A DNA stretch of 64,000 nucleotides. Source: Lingula anatina (taxonomy: Eukaryota; Animalia; Brachiopoda). This document shows, in pieces, positions 1-59,300 of this stretch; positions within the stretch are counted from its first letter, which is position 1; every line of letters begins with the position of its first letter. Location: contig CM120640.1 of assembly GCA_051362555.1 (NCBI GenBank), positions 7,812,001 to 7,876,000 on the forward strand, written 5' to 3'. The translations under genes and the position numbers were made by a program. A model generated the notes under the pieces. The model made no database searches. It had not been told where the DNA came from and worked only from the letters and a program-made list of their open reading frames with translations.

Positions 1-508
1 TAGGAAATGTGAAGCAGTAGGCTCTGTGAGGAGGTAGCACTGTTAATTTTCTTTATACTTCAAAGTTTGTAGTTTACTATAAATGCAGATGAGATTATAA
101 TCACTCAAACTGGGCCACAACTAAAGATGTCTTGACTCAAATTGGCCAATCCCTCTCCTTTTTTCTCTCTCTGTACGTTGATATGGCTCTAGACTACAAT
201 CTCTTCTTCATGGGAGGTGGTGCAGTGTTTTCAAAGTTGACTTCAATAGGGACTGAAAAGCAATACAGAACTTAAGTCATCGATTTTTACACGCATATAC
301 AAATACATGGCTCAATTTAAGCTTCTAAGGATCATTATCTTCATATGTAGATATACAATAATAAAAATATCAATTTGAAACTGAATATTTTAAAATAAAA
401 CCATAAAATAATTGTTTCAGCAGCAACAAAATACAAATACAACCATGCCAATACATTAAACAGTGTAGCCATGCACCAAATAAGAGGAACAATAAGAAAG
501 TCACATAG

Positions 509-778
509 AGTGTGTTCCCAATGAAACTATTGTTCTATGTGGATTGTTTCAACTCTTGAGGACTCTTGCTGAATGCAATCAGATTAAGTGAATGGCATGT
601 ACTCCGTTACTTAAAGCTTTTTCACTTTGTTTTAATTGTGACCGAATGCACACAAAGTTAATCACTCCCTAGCTGCTATAGGAGACATGTTATTCATTTA
701 ATCTGTTTGCATTCAGCGAGAGCCGTGCAGAGATGGATTGCTCAACATAGAATGAAAGTTTCATTGGGAGCACACCCT
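509..778. mobile_element. Palindromic MITE
   Basis: GTGTGTTCCCAATGAAACT ... AGTTTCATTGGGAGCACAC, with further inverted similarity inside. Confidence 0.75.
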
Positions 779-1282
779 TAGAATATCTATGGGGAGACCA
801 GGTGAAGGGGAGTCATGTCCACAGGTTAAAAGAGCAGAAAGTGACCTAGTACAATGACATTTATACAAGAAAGGATTAACAGGGGAGTTAAAAAGAACAG
901 CAGACAAAGGGAAACTGCTATACTGTCTTTAATAACTGGGAAGATACATTAAAATTTTAAGTAATAAAATATACCACTTCTGCAACACTGGTGTTACAGT
1001 AGATACAGCAAGGTGTAGACAACAGACCAAGGGTTAAGGAAGTGCAGGACACAATATAACAAGGACATGTGAGATGGTAACATAATATTATGGTAGGAAT
1101 GAACAGCTATGGTGCATCTTCAGATTTACCTACATCTTTTTTAAAACCACATCAGACATGAATCTGGCTTTTTAAAAAAATTCTGGACATCTACTTTGAG
1201 ACATCTACTGTGAGTTTATCTTTAAGATTCTCAGAACTCATTGGAATTGAATTAAAAGTCTCAGAATTCTGTGGATTCTCTT

Positions 1283-1319
<37 letters not shown>

Positions 1320-1664
1320 AAAAAGTTCATTTTCTCTAAAGTGATGTCTGGTTAGTGAACATATGGGTTACACATGTTTACATACTCGTAACAGCTACAA
1401 AAAAGGGGAGTAGAGACGTGAACACATAGTAAGTATGGACAGTTCTAGTATATTACCACATGTACTGGACACAAATAGCTGGACACAATAAGATTACCAG
1501 AAGGAATAGTTAGGGTGCAGGGATAGCTGGATAGTGGAACTGGAATACAGGACAGTGCTCAACAGTGAGGAGAGGGGGGGGGGGGGGGTCCTAGCTAGGT
1601 ACAGTGAGATATAGAATGGACAATTTGAGACAATTAAGTACCATTTATCCTGTGACTTCTGTAC

Positions 1665-1681
1665 TCAGTCAGCTCCCACAA
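1665..1681 (-). CDS. Candidate short a-type terminal exon (...FTD-VVGAD*)
   Basis: Acceptor tttaatttactttcag; a phase-1 join to the 5517 donor reads GTT GTG GGA GCT GAC TGA; no transcript evidence. Confidence 0.4.
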
Positions 1682-4600
1682 CTGAAAGTAAATTAAAGAC
1701 CATGCAACTTCATTTCAAAATAATGACTAAATGCACCATGTTAAAAAAAAATTTTTTTTTACATGCTTGGATTATAGCACATTCGTATTCTTTCATGTTG
1801 TCACCCGAAAAAAATCCAAATACTCTGTTATCTCAATCTGCTCGTAACACACGGCAAACAAATATCTCACACACAAAATCATAATTCTCATCAGTTTTTG
1901 TCTCAAAAGGGATAAGCCATTTCATTCTGAATGATAGTATCCTCACTGTTTTAAGAAATAACCTGGGTAATAAACTGCAAAAGTAAGGAAGGTTGAAAAT
2001 CAATTTACGACAAAGTTAACAACATGGAAAGTTTAATTTGAATTAAACATTACACAGGGCATGATGTTTGAGAAATACAAGAGATCTGACATGCAAATCA
2101 AAGGGTAAAGATAATGTAAAACTTACCTGTTAAAACCCACGAGAGGGAGAGAGAGAGAAAGAGAGAGAAAGAGAGATTGATTATTTTAAAGAGAGATTAT
2201 TTTAAAGAAATGCAAAACTACGCAAGAGATTTTCAGCCCCTACCTCAGTGGTGCTTCTTGCCTGCTATATGACTGGGGACAGGTTTGGTTATGATTACAT
2301 CCTCTTTGCCAGCTATTCACACAGCAAAAAAAAGCAAAATTTACAAGCATTTCAATCAAATACAGCAATTTCACATCAAAGCCAAGGTATCAGTTACTTT
2401 CTTTCGACTGGGACTCTCCTTGGTATTACTTTACACAAATGGTTCATTACACAATATAAGGTAGAAAATAGCCATTCCATATTAGGCACCACGCCTTAAA
2501 TAATCATCAGTTAAAGCAATGAAAGCTGTCAAACCCAAACACCTGTTAAAAACTAAGCTTTACCCAATGCAAAGAAAATTTCTAACCAACACAAATAAAG
2601 CAAATCTAACTGCAACTAATAATTATCTCACAAAGCTAGAAATGATAAATCATGGAAAAAAATAAATCAACAATGATCATTATTACACTAAATGTTTAAT
2701 ATCATCAATATAATTCTGTAATAAAAAGCATTTAGGTTCAAAAAGAGTGATGTTCTACTAAATTCAAATAAATACATTATAATGAACAGTAAAGGAAAGC
2801 TTGAGTGTACAAGAAAGTGCAAATAATTAAACAATGCATACCTTATAGAAATGACAGACAGTGATATAAAGTATAGTGTTCTACGAAGACAATAGTGCCA
2901 CATGTTCACATGCAAGTTCAATTGGTGGAGAGTTAGTAATGCTTTTTAATAAGAGAAAAAAAGGAAAGAATTCACCTAAATCTATGTCATTGTTACAACA
3001 ATCATTGATCAATTAGTAAAACAATGGTAACATATAACAACCACGTGGCAACCATGAAACACAATACATTCATCACCTCCATATAATTTTAGTACCTGTT
3101 TGTTAGAGCTCACATTAACAGACTTGTTAAAATGCACAAATGTTAAGTATTTGGGTCCACTTCAAACATCTCAAACCGTGTCCAATTTCTGCAAGGTGCA
3201 GTGCTGAAGTTGTTCATTATCCCATGTTGGTCCCATAGAGCATCATCACATAACTTGGTGGTTTGGTGAAACACAAATAATCCACAGGTTTTCTTCAACT
3301 AGCTTCAATGCACACTTTTAATTGAGGAAATCTCACAAAGCCAAGGAGATATACAACCTTGGGGTGGTCATCAGCGAAAGTCCAAACATTTAACTCCACT
3401 GAACTGGAAACTTCACAATAATGTTCGAATCACTAACAAACAACATGCCTCAGTCAGATTTAGTAAGAAAAGTGGGTTTATTTTTCCTACAACAGAAAAT
3501 CTAACATGATAAACTACTATAACAGTAGTCAAGTGTGCTACAGCATGCTTTAAGTGTGCAAAATAGCAGTTGAGTGACTTTAATCTCAAAACTGTGCCTG
3601 TGAAACTCTCCCACCTTAAACATGCTGTGCAATTAAGTCATGACTGACATGTGTAACTGCCATGTTGTACAACCGTGATACACAACACAACCTTTTCTCT
3701 ACATAGTACTGCCTATATTTTAAATGCTCCCATGATAATGTCTAACATTACTTGATTACAATTGTAAATATCCATAATGCACCACCTGAATAAATTAAAT
3801 TACACTCGCATGTATAACATACACTAAATTTCCTAACAAAGTCGAAAGTTTCAAGTAGGAAACTGTGAAATCTCTAAGTGCCTTCAAGTATTGTAACGTA
3901 TCTACAAACTCTATCATTGTCTCAGTATTTTATGTCAATGCCTCCTGTGACCAATAAATATAAAATCAAAACTTGTCATTTAAAAACTAAAAACTTGAAT
4001 GAAATCAGTGAGGTATACAAAGATTCAAATAACTTATAGGCTTGATGATATTTAGCCATTACATTAAAATGTACTCCTTTCAACCTAAATATACCTTTAA
4101 AAATACTAATTAAAAATCCAAGTGGATACAAAAGCATTCCATGAAAAAAAAATATAAGATAAATCTTTTAACTATAGTGAACTTGTGAGCAGAGTGAATG
4201 ACTAGGAAGATAACATTTGGGAGTATTATCCAACATCCTAGCTCCTATTTCTGTGAGCTTGTGGAACACACAGAGACAAAGCTGTAGTACTTAATGCATT
4301 ATCATCTGAGTAATAATATCTGATTGTACTTATTATCCTTTGTCGAGTAAGGCCATGCCACATGACTATGCAATGACATGACAATTTTCTTTCTCTTGCA
4401 GAAGTTTTCTTTTCAACGCTTATTACAAGAAATTAAAGGCTCTCCACCTATATTTTCAGCCTGCAGGAAAGTTTTAAAACTACACATAAAAGATGTCTGT
4501 CTTTGCTCTTCAGAAACTACGACTTACAGATAAAACAGTCATTAGTCTTTATAACATTTGCACAATAAAGCAGATTTGGAAATATCAGCCTTTTTAGAAG

Positions 4601-5433
4601 GATGATTGTAAAGCCTAAATCAATAATAAATCTGTGATATCCAGTTTGCTCAGTAGACTAGACCAACCCATGTTGCTTCATTGTTGCACAATAAATAACA
4701 TATCACTTTTCTTACAGTTGTGGTTTGTATAAAATATCATTACAGCTTTATAATAATTTATCACAATGGCAAAAAAATCATGAATAATGTTGTTCAGAAA
4801 GAAAAAAGACTGTACAAAGATTAAATACTATACATAAAATTTTCTCCTTGTGTTAGCTTTCACCTTCAAAAATTGGAAAGCACCTGCTGAGGCCTGTCAA
4901 CTTTGCGATTCTAATGCCGAGTAGTGCAGTATTAAGAACACTGGGTGTCAATCAACTATTGAAAGCATGCTTCCCAACAGTACCAATGCAAGATTAGTTG
5001 GTCAATGTTCGCTCGACAAAAGACAAGTACAAAAACAGTGGGACAAACATATAATGTAATTAAAAACAAATCTGTTTCAGGTGAAGACCAATCCCTGATA
5101 AGTGCAGAAAGAAAGATGGGGCACAAATCTGTGTCTTGTCAGCTAAAGCAAAATCAACTTGATTGCTCAAACTTTTAGACTAAATCAAATTGATGGGTAA
5201 AACTTTAGATTAAATCATATCTAAAATCATAAAGTCAATGAAGACAATGCAACTATACATCCAAGTTCTACAAATATCTACTGATTTGAACTTCAAACAT
5301 TGTGCACACTACTACAGTCTGTAAAATACTAAGAAAAAAAAAATAAAATGAGAAACACAAATTTGGTCCCCACAAAGATATAAGAGTCTACCAAGCTCTA
5401 TGACTGGGAGGTAGAAATGAACAGGAGGATGTA

Positions 5434-51166
<45,733 letters not shown>

Positions 51167-51384
51167 TGTGAGAGGACGAATGCTTCAGATAGGGAATCTG
51201 AATTAAAAGTTAAGTCGTGTACCCTCTACAGACCTCTCCGAGATCCGTGTGGCCTTAAATCACTGACCCCCAGCAGTCGAAAAATAATTGAGATTGAAAA
51301 TCAAAGCTAGAAACGGAGGATTTCCAGCCTGATTTCCCACAACCTGTTTCCAGAGAGAGAGAGAGAGTATGCTTGCTATCACAC

Positions 51385-51710
51385 GCCGACCAGCTGTAGG
51401 GGTGCAAGTTAATTATATAAATTCAGTTGCTTGCTTCAGAAATATCATATGCTTTGCATAATAACATCCCATATAGTCTGAATTTTACATAAGCAATTTT
51501 GTTTTTATGATACTTGGCGTTTTAAGATATTTAGGTAAAACAAATTATGATAAATATAACCCTTACCTCTCCAGTAAGACGTGGACTTCCCCGCATCAGA
51601 CACGCGGATAGTAATGTGTTTGCATGCGATTGGTCAAAATTAATCACGTGCCAGTTGACGTCAATTGAGATATATACACAAATGGCCATCCTTACGTTTC
51701 TATTTTTAAA
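51385..51710 (-). promoter_or_regulatory. Putative SERCA promoter
   Basis: TATATAA on the minus strand at 51413-51419; CAGCTG 51391-51396; CCAAT (ATTGG) 51629-51633; CACGTG 51645-51650; CRE TGACGTCA 51656-51663; MEF2-type CTATTTTTAA 51700-51709. Confidence 0.5.
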
Positions 51711-53398
51711 CCCTCTCCTCGGCTAAGGTATATAAAAAGAAAACATTTCCTCTCGAACCTGGATCAAATGACATATTCTTGCGCAGTGTTCCAACTTTCA
51801 TGTTGAATTAAATGTGTGTTTGCCACCAGGGAGCAAAGACAGAATTTTAATTCTTTTTAAAAAGCGCACTTGAGATTTTTAAAAGTTGCGGTGAAATCTT
51901 ATCACCTTCTGCGCGTTACCAAGCATAACAAAATCCAATATTCTCAATCCTTGGGTTAATATGTACTGGCATCACATGAAATACCATGCCAGGATATAAT
52001 TAGTCTTTGATTGTTATGCGAACTAGATGTTCGTGTCAATGTAGTTCAAGGAAACACCATATTCAGTAGTCACCAGTCCATTTTCCTCTAAAATCATAAA
52101 TCAACAGCGTTGATGGCCCCTTTGTTTAAAACTTAATATATTTGTAATTCATACCTTAGGCATTTATAAAAATTAAAAACAAAAACTTACTTGTCAAGTG
52201 CATATAAATATGTAGTTGGCCTAGTCCTAAGCATGTAAGCAATCTGGAGGTGAGTGACTGTAGGATTACAGAAATACATTGTCCTGTAATGAAAATTATT
52301 GAGGACGAACCATGTCTTCAAAAATTGATTGTCGAATTTGTTAAGGTTTAGTATGGTTGCGGTTTATCCCCGCACAGCAGTGACATTGTGAAATAATACA
52401 CAGAAAAAAGCTGCGTCGAGATTGATCCACATTTTTTCTTGCTCCTTGCATTGCGTTAGTTGGGTTTTCGGTGATCGCAGAGCGTAGCCTACAATTTGCG
52501 CACTATCATTGTGGCAATACAGTATGTACCACTGCTGCAGCCAACATTGAAGGGATAACAATTATTCATATGAAATTCATATTAAACGAAAAACACATTG
52601 TAAACAACTCACAGAATTATAATAAATTCTATTATAGCACCAAAACGGCGGTTATCGCAATTATTCTGGAATATGTGCTTGCCATTAGACCACGTGAACC
52701 TTCATAGATGGCTATACCTCCGCAATAATCTCTATGAGATTATTTCAAAAAATTTAGGGGAAAAAAACAGGGAGTTACTTTGGATGTAGGAATGCATTCA
52801 TTAACCATTGGCAAGTATGGGGAAATCGTCGTTTTTTTTTTTTTTTTTTTTTCGCTTATTACGCTCTGACATGGTTTGTTATCCTAAAATAAGCAAATTC
52901 ATTCATTTCGATGTCCCATTCCTCTACGCACGCATATTGTTATCAAAGATAACTTATCTATTACCTATACTTAACTAGTACTAATAAAAATTGATAATAA
53001 ACTAATATATATTAACAAGTGTTTTGGTAGCAGTTTTGACTGCCAACTATCTTGTGAGATGTAACCATAAAGATTATTATGTATCAGTCAAACGTGTGCA
53101 TTGACAATATTAGAACAAGGAATGACGTACAAGAAGAGTTTACCAACAACGTGGAAAATTTCAATCGATGTTTCGTAATGGGGCTTGTCCGTATTGGGCA
53201 TGGTTCAAAGTACTTGTGCCCTAATAACCCCTACCCAATAAAACCGATATTATATCCACATTACGTAATCGAACTCGATTTGTGACATTTCAAATATTGA
53301 AATGAAGTGAGCTATCAATGATGCATGAAATTAATTCCAGTTGGAAGATGACTGTCTCACACTGGCTTCTGATAACTAGGGACCTTGCCTCCGCCAAC

Positions 53399-56300
53399 AT
53401 GCTTTTCTCCAAGGTCTTGTTTTTCCTGGGATTCTTTTTATTAATTGTGAATACAGAAGCGACGAAAAATGACGAAGTTTGCAAGTCACAAAACACGATC
53501 TTTTCTAGTTTTAGCAGAAAATATTCAACATCGGAGGTATACTACCTGGACAGCACGCATACCTTGAAGCAGGGCATCTGCAGCTTTAAATGCTCCCAGT
53601 TGCAAAACTGTCGTTACTACACATACGAGGACGATACTGGGAACTGTACGCTGTACGCCCCGGCTACGCTAGATCCGTCTTCAGTAACCACCACTTTACA
53701 GCCGGGACATTTTGCAGTCAATGGAACAATCTTGGAAAATCAGGTGATGATTCTTCATACGTTTTAGCAACAATGAGATATGTAGCAGTTTGTCTGTTTT
53801 ATTATATTTTATACTGTTTGAAAGCCGTGGAAGATAAATGACATATTATGATTAAACGGATTTTTATAACATTTCTGATACTTTCCTCTTAATGCCAATC
53901 ATTTGCCTCACCTTTTCATAAATAAAAAAAGAAAAGCATTCAAACGCGTTTGCAGGTTCAATTTGAGATTTCGTTCCAGACAAACTGAATCCCGTCAATG
54001 GCCCTTTTCACATACATGTAGAACAGTATAGATAAGAAATTTTGTCTGTACCGGTTCACTTTGAGAGGTTGACCACATTTAATTAATTTTAAAGATTTTC
54101 AAACTATTAACGTAGGAGTTTCACCGAAACGGACCCCCCCCCCCCCCCTGCGCTCGAGACCAGGGAACAAACTTATGGGAAACTTGTGAAAGGAAGGAAA
54201 AACCCTTGGAGATCATTTACATGAAAGGACCCGTCAAAATGAACCAGAACAGACTGTATCCCTTAAGTACACTGAGTGTGAGAAGAACCATAAGGCGACA
54301 ACAATCATGAATTCGAAGTTCAATGTTTATTTTGCCCAATTATTTAATTAATTAATGTACTTCAATTAAATACTGTCGACATGGTACGACAGTGTTACAA
54401 TATTGTAATCAAACGTAATCTTCGTTTATTTTAAGGCTTTTTAGTAAATTCATTTTAGATATTCGTATTACTGCCTACTAAGAATTCTCACACGTGTTGT
54501 TATACCGTTGAAATGTATTCAATCGGTGTTAAATATGTCAAACCTTTTTAACTAAAGAACTGATTTTATAGAAGGTAATAAACAATTATTTTAAAGACGA
54601 TAGATTAATATTAGAAATTACATTAATAGTAAAATCAATTTTGAAGTTATCTATCTTGAACCTTTTTTTTTTTTTTTTGAGCAATCACTCTCTAATAATT
54701 TCTTTACAGCCTCACCAGCAATTTTTCGCTCAATTAATATTTCGCTTATTTTCTCGCTCGATAAATTGAGTTATTTCTCCATTTTCTTGGTTATAGTGCG
54801 GAGATGGTCCTACCCGTTCTTTTATTACGCTAAAGTTCCAATGCTAAAAAATCAGAAACAGATCAGAACAGTTTGCAGGATGAACCATAAGAAATCAGAC
54901 TGTTATTAGGCTAGCTGAGAAACAAAACAGAGATACTTTGAACTATCATGCCAATATTTTGATGTATTTATATAACTACCGTTGTGTTTGATGCGATTAA
55001 AAAATTACACAACAGGTCAAGTTAACTGTGATAAAAGTAGAAACTGATTCAGGTAAGAGTAGTTCAGGTTAATACATGCACACGACTTATCAACCACATT
55101 ACTGAAGCCGGCAGCAACTTATAAGCGTGTTTGTGTATGTTAGCGGTGGTTGAGGTGGAGGGGAGGGGTATAACTGTTTAGAAAACACTGTCTGACAAGG
55201 AGAGCAGGGGTAACGACAAATATTATGCACTTGAAGGCAGACAGTTGTTGATAACTGATGACAGGTCTTGATATAATATTTATATGTAATATTTCAGTCA
55301 TTTTTTAACCACTCCCCCAGCTCACCTGGATCCTACGCCTGTGTAAAGTAGTGATATCGAACTTCAATATCCAGATTATGATTATTTAGAATCCATCAAA
55401 CTGGAGAGATGTGCGTTATTTCGCAAGGAAAAGTACTTTCTTCACCCCTATTTGAACCACATCAAGCGTTTGCAATTATCGTTTTTATCGACAACTGTAA
55501 GCAATGTCTGATATAGAGTTGTGTTATGTCAGGAAAGCATGTTTTAACTTCTCTCCACAAATAACCATGGCCAGGGTGTCAATTTATCGATCAACATTGA
55601 CAGATATTGGAATACAAATAGGCAGTGACCTGCATCAGATAAAACGCAGAATGAACCAAGGCACAATTTCAAACCACTGGTTTCGTACCCTCTACCAGGG
55701 TGGCAGATATTACAGGGAAATCTTGAAAAAGCCAGAAAGCCAAATGACTGTCTATTTATCTGGAGACATATCTGTGAATATCTTGTTAAAATCAATCTGT
55801 CGCCCTGGTAGAGGGTAGTGGTTTCCTCTTCTGAGGCTTTTATTTGTTAAATCACGTGAGTTTGTGTCCATTTAACCTACTTTGGATTCGAAAATAATTC
55901 TTTTGAATTCGAAAAATATGGTATTTTGAATTCTTGTTTGTTATAATTATAATCGAAGTCGAAACCAATGAATCAATTTTTATATAAAAAATACAAAAAC
56001 CAAAAAACATGCGTACGGTATGGAAGTACATCTCATACAAAATATGTATTAAACATCGGTAATGTTATTTTTACGGAGCTATTTGCAAAACAATTAATCA
56101 ACCAATCTATCTGATCAAAATTTTTTCTAAAATGTTTGTTTATTGCGTAAACTTTTCTGGGAAGACCTATCATTTTTATCTTTCTAGGCGGACTTACACG
56201 GCGTGTGTCCATACTACAGTGCGTGTGAGTGGGACGAATTCTGCGCAGACGACTGTCTAGACAAGAGAAGCATCACATGTGAATGTCGAAATAAAACACA

Positions 56301-59300
56301 ATATGGAAAAGAATGTGATAAAGGCTAGTGAACTTGCTCTTTGGAAGCACATTTTTACTCTGCTTCATCACTGTACAAAAAGTTAAGATGAAGTTAAACA
56401 TAAATACTTAGGTCGACTTTCCTTGGCACGACCGGTTACGTTTGTTGTCCACGGTGAACACCGCTTTACAGCTAACAAGAAAAATATTTTGCATGCCCGC
56501 CGTCAGTTCCAAAATTTATTTTAAGTAAACATATTACGTTCCTGTATAAAATTGTTTTCGGGTATATGGCAAGAATCGTTGCTGAATCCGATTGGAAGGA
56601 TTTAATTTTAAAAATGTAACTCTACAGAAGTTTTCACCTTTTTATGTTTTCCCTAGTAAATTGTAGGTTCACTTCGTATATTTATACTGTATGTATGCAG
56701 AAACAGAGAAAAAGCAGGGCTACTGGTAGAATTTATTTTTGTGCCAGTGTTTTCCATTTATAATAAGATTCACAGCAGGAACAGCCACATTTCTTTTGAT
56801 CCCTTCTCGATGCTGTTCTTTACAGTGAAATCTTGATTTTCATGTTGTGTATTTCAGTGTTTTCTCACCAGGCTACAAAAGTGCATGACATTCCTACATT
56901 GTATTCCTACGATAGTTGCGCCATGAGTATACAAGGGGAGCACTATATCATCTCTACAAATAGGTAATATTGGCTACCTAATTTTTTTCTGCGCGATTTG
57001 AATGCTTTGTTCAGGATTCATCTAGCAAGTAAAACAGGCCAGAAAACCTTAATTCTAGTTTTTTTGAAAATTGTATTAGACTGCAAGCGTTATTGATAGT
57101 ATAGTCGATGTTTTTCTTATTTTATATAGATATTGTCAAGAAATGCGTAATGTAATAGCAATTTCCCCGGTTCATCATTGGTATTTTTGTCGTTCTAACC
57201 GACGCTATCGATTTTAAATAATTTCAATGATTTAAAATGATATTTTTGTTGATAGATAGATCACTTTAATTTATCTACGATATCATTGTGAAATAACATT
57301 AACAAAAATCAAAGCACAAATTTTCTTTTATTAACACAGGCTTCGCTGGGATAGTTCTTCGAATAAGTGGGTAAATGGATATACGGATATCTATCGTTGG
57401 GTTGATGAGAAAGGCTCTTATGAATACGTGCAACGTTTACATTATGGTCTGGACAATCGCAACTGTGTTACCGCAGCGGCTGATGGTAACCGTTTCTACT
57501 TTGTTGGCACGTTTTACGACCGAGCCACTGACAACTGGGGGACTAAAGTTACGACAAAAGCATTTCGATACGCAGGAGAAAAAGGTATGCAGTTGAATAA
57601 ATGCTTGCATTGTTTTATATTTCATTATAACTTCAAGTGGACTCTCACTTGTCTTCGAGTTTACAGTGAGAATTTTTTTTCAAATCAAATTCAAATTGTT
57701 GTTTTAAATTACCAGCTTTATCTAATTTCTATCCCAGTTATTTTACCAAAAAGATTCAGTAAATATTTGGTGCCGCAATGTTAACCCAATGAAATAGAGG
57801 AATGGGCACATTTGTAAAATGCTTCATGACAATTATATTTGATTTCCCACAGGGCCTATGACTGCTAAGGCCACCAATGGAGATATTTCTAACAATCGTA
57901 TCGCGGTTTCATCTACTGGGAGCGGATGTCATAAGTCATATGCGCGCATCACCCACGACAATGCTTGGTGTTCCGATAGCCAAACCGTTGATCAATACTT
58001 ACAGGTGGACTTGGGGCAAGCATATATAGTCACCAAGGTGGCCACAAAGGTATATTGGTATATTTTGCAAAAATTGAAATTATTTTCCCCCAACAATAAA
58101 ATTTTTGTTTCTTCTATTCCTACAAATTTGCCCTCAAAAAGCTGAAGTGAGGTGCAAGTCATTCGTGGTATAATGTAAAGTGTTTTAAGAAATGCGATCA
58201 TTTAACTTACTCACCCTTGTTGGCAATGATAATAGTTTGATAGCACCAAAAGCCCTTTTCTTTCTTTGAGAAAAAATAATCGTTTAACGCGTGTAGTAGC
58301 CTACCTTTTTTCTCTAATATCAGGGACGTGTTTACAACAATTTGAACCAGTGGGTGACAAAATACCAGTTAAACTACACGGCCAGAAGTGACAGTGATTA
58401 CAGCTGCGTCCGCTGGGGTCCTGGCAGTGAATGCAAGGTAAGTAAATGTTTCTTTCTCACTTATACTTTCTGTTAACACTGGTAATAACAGTATGATATA
58501 ATTTCCAATTAAAATGGCGCATGATTATCCAGCAGTGGTATGGAAGCACTGACAAGATAGTTTCTTGTAAAATTTTGCAATGTATTATTATTTTTTTGCA
58601 GATATACATTCAGATAGTTATGAACCAACCCTGCTTTGTTTTTTTATTATTTCAAAAACGATGAATAATGCACCAGATATCTAAATGACGATCATTTTCC
58701 TCACAGAGAGAACCCCAAATACTTGACACATTAATGATTTTGGTGAAATGGCAGCAAGGTTTTATTGGAAATGGTGTCTTTTTGAACAAGAATGTGTTAA
58801 GGGTTTTTAATTTTGTTTAAAGACGTGCAGTGGGCGTTAGGTCTCATTGAGTAAAACAATGAGGTACTTTTCTTGTAAATTTGAGCAATTTTCCCTTTAT
58901 CACTTTATCACCTTTACCACTTACGGTTAAGGAATTCAGATCTTATGGACCCATTTTTGAGATCGTTGAGTATATAAGAATTTCTCATTTTTAATTTTTA
59001 TTAGAGTGGCTCCAAATAAAAAACTTCGGAGAAAACACCAGTTTTGGATATGGTTTACTTTAGTGATAATGGAAAAAGATTGAAATGGATGTTGAAATAA
59101 AATTACTGCCAGGACACTCTAGGCATCAATGACGTCATGGTAGTTAGTGTGAGAAATTTAATCAGAGGCTCTTCTATTTGAAAGTCATATGGTGGTGTTA
59201 TATGACTTGGTGTTCTGGCACACGTTTTATCTCTTAAAAATATGAAAACAACATAAGGGAATTTTGCATGAAACATTCATACAAATGTGACATAATTTAA

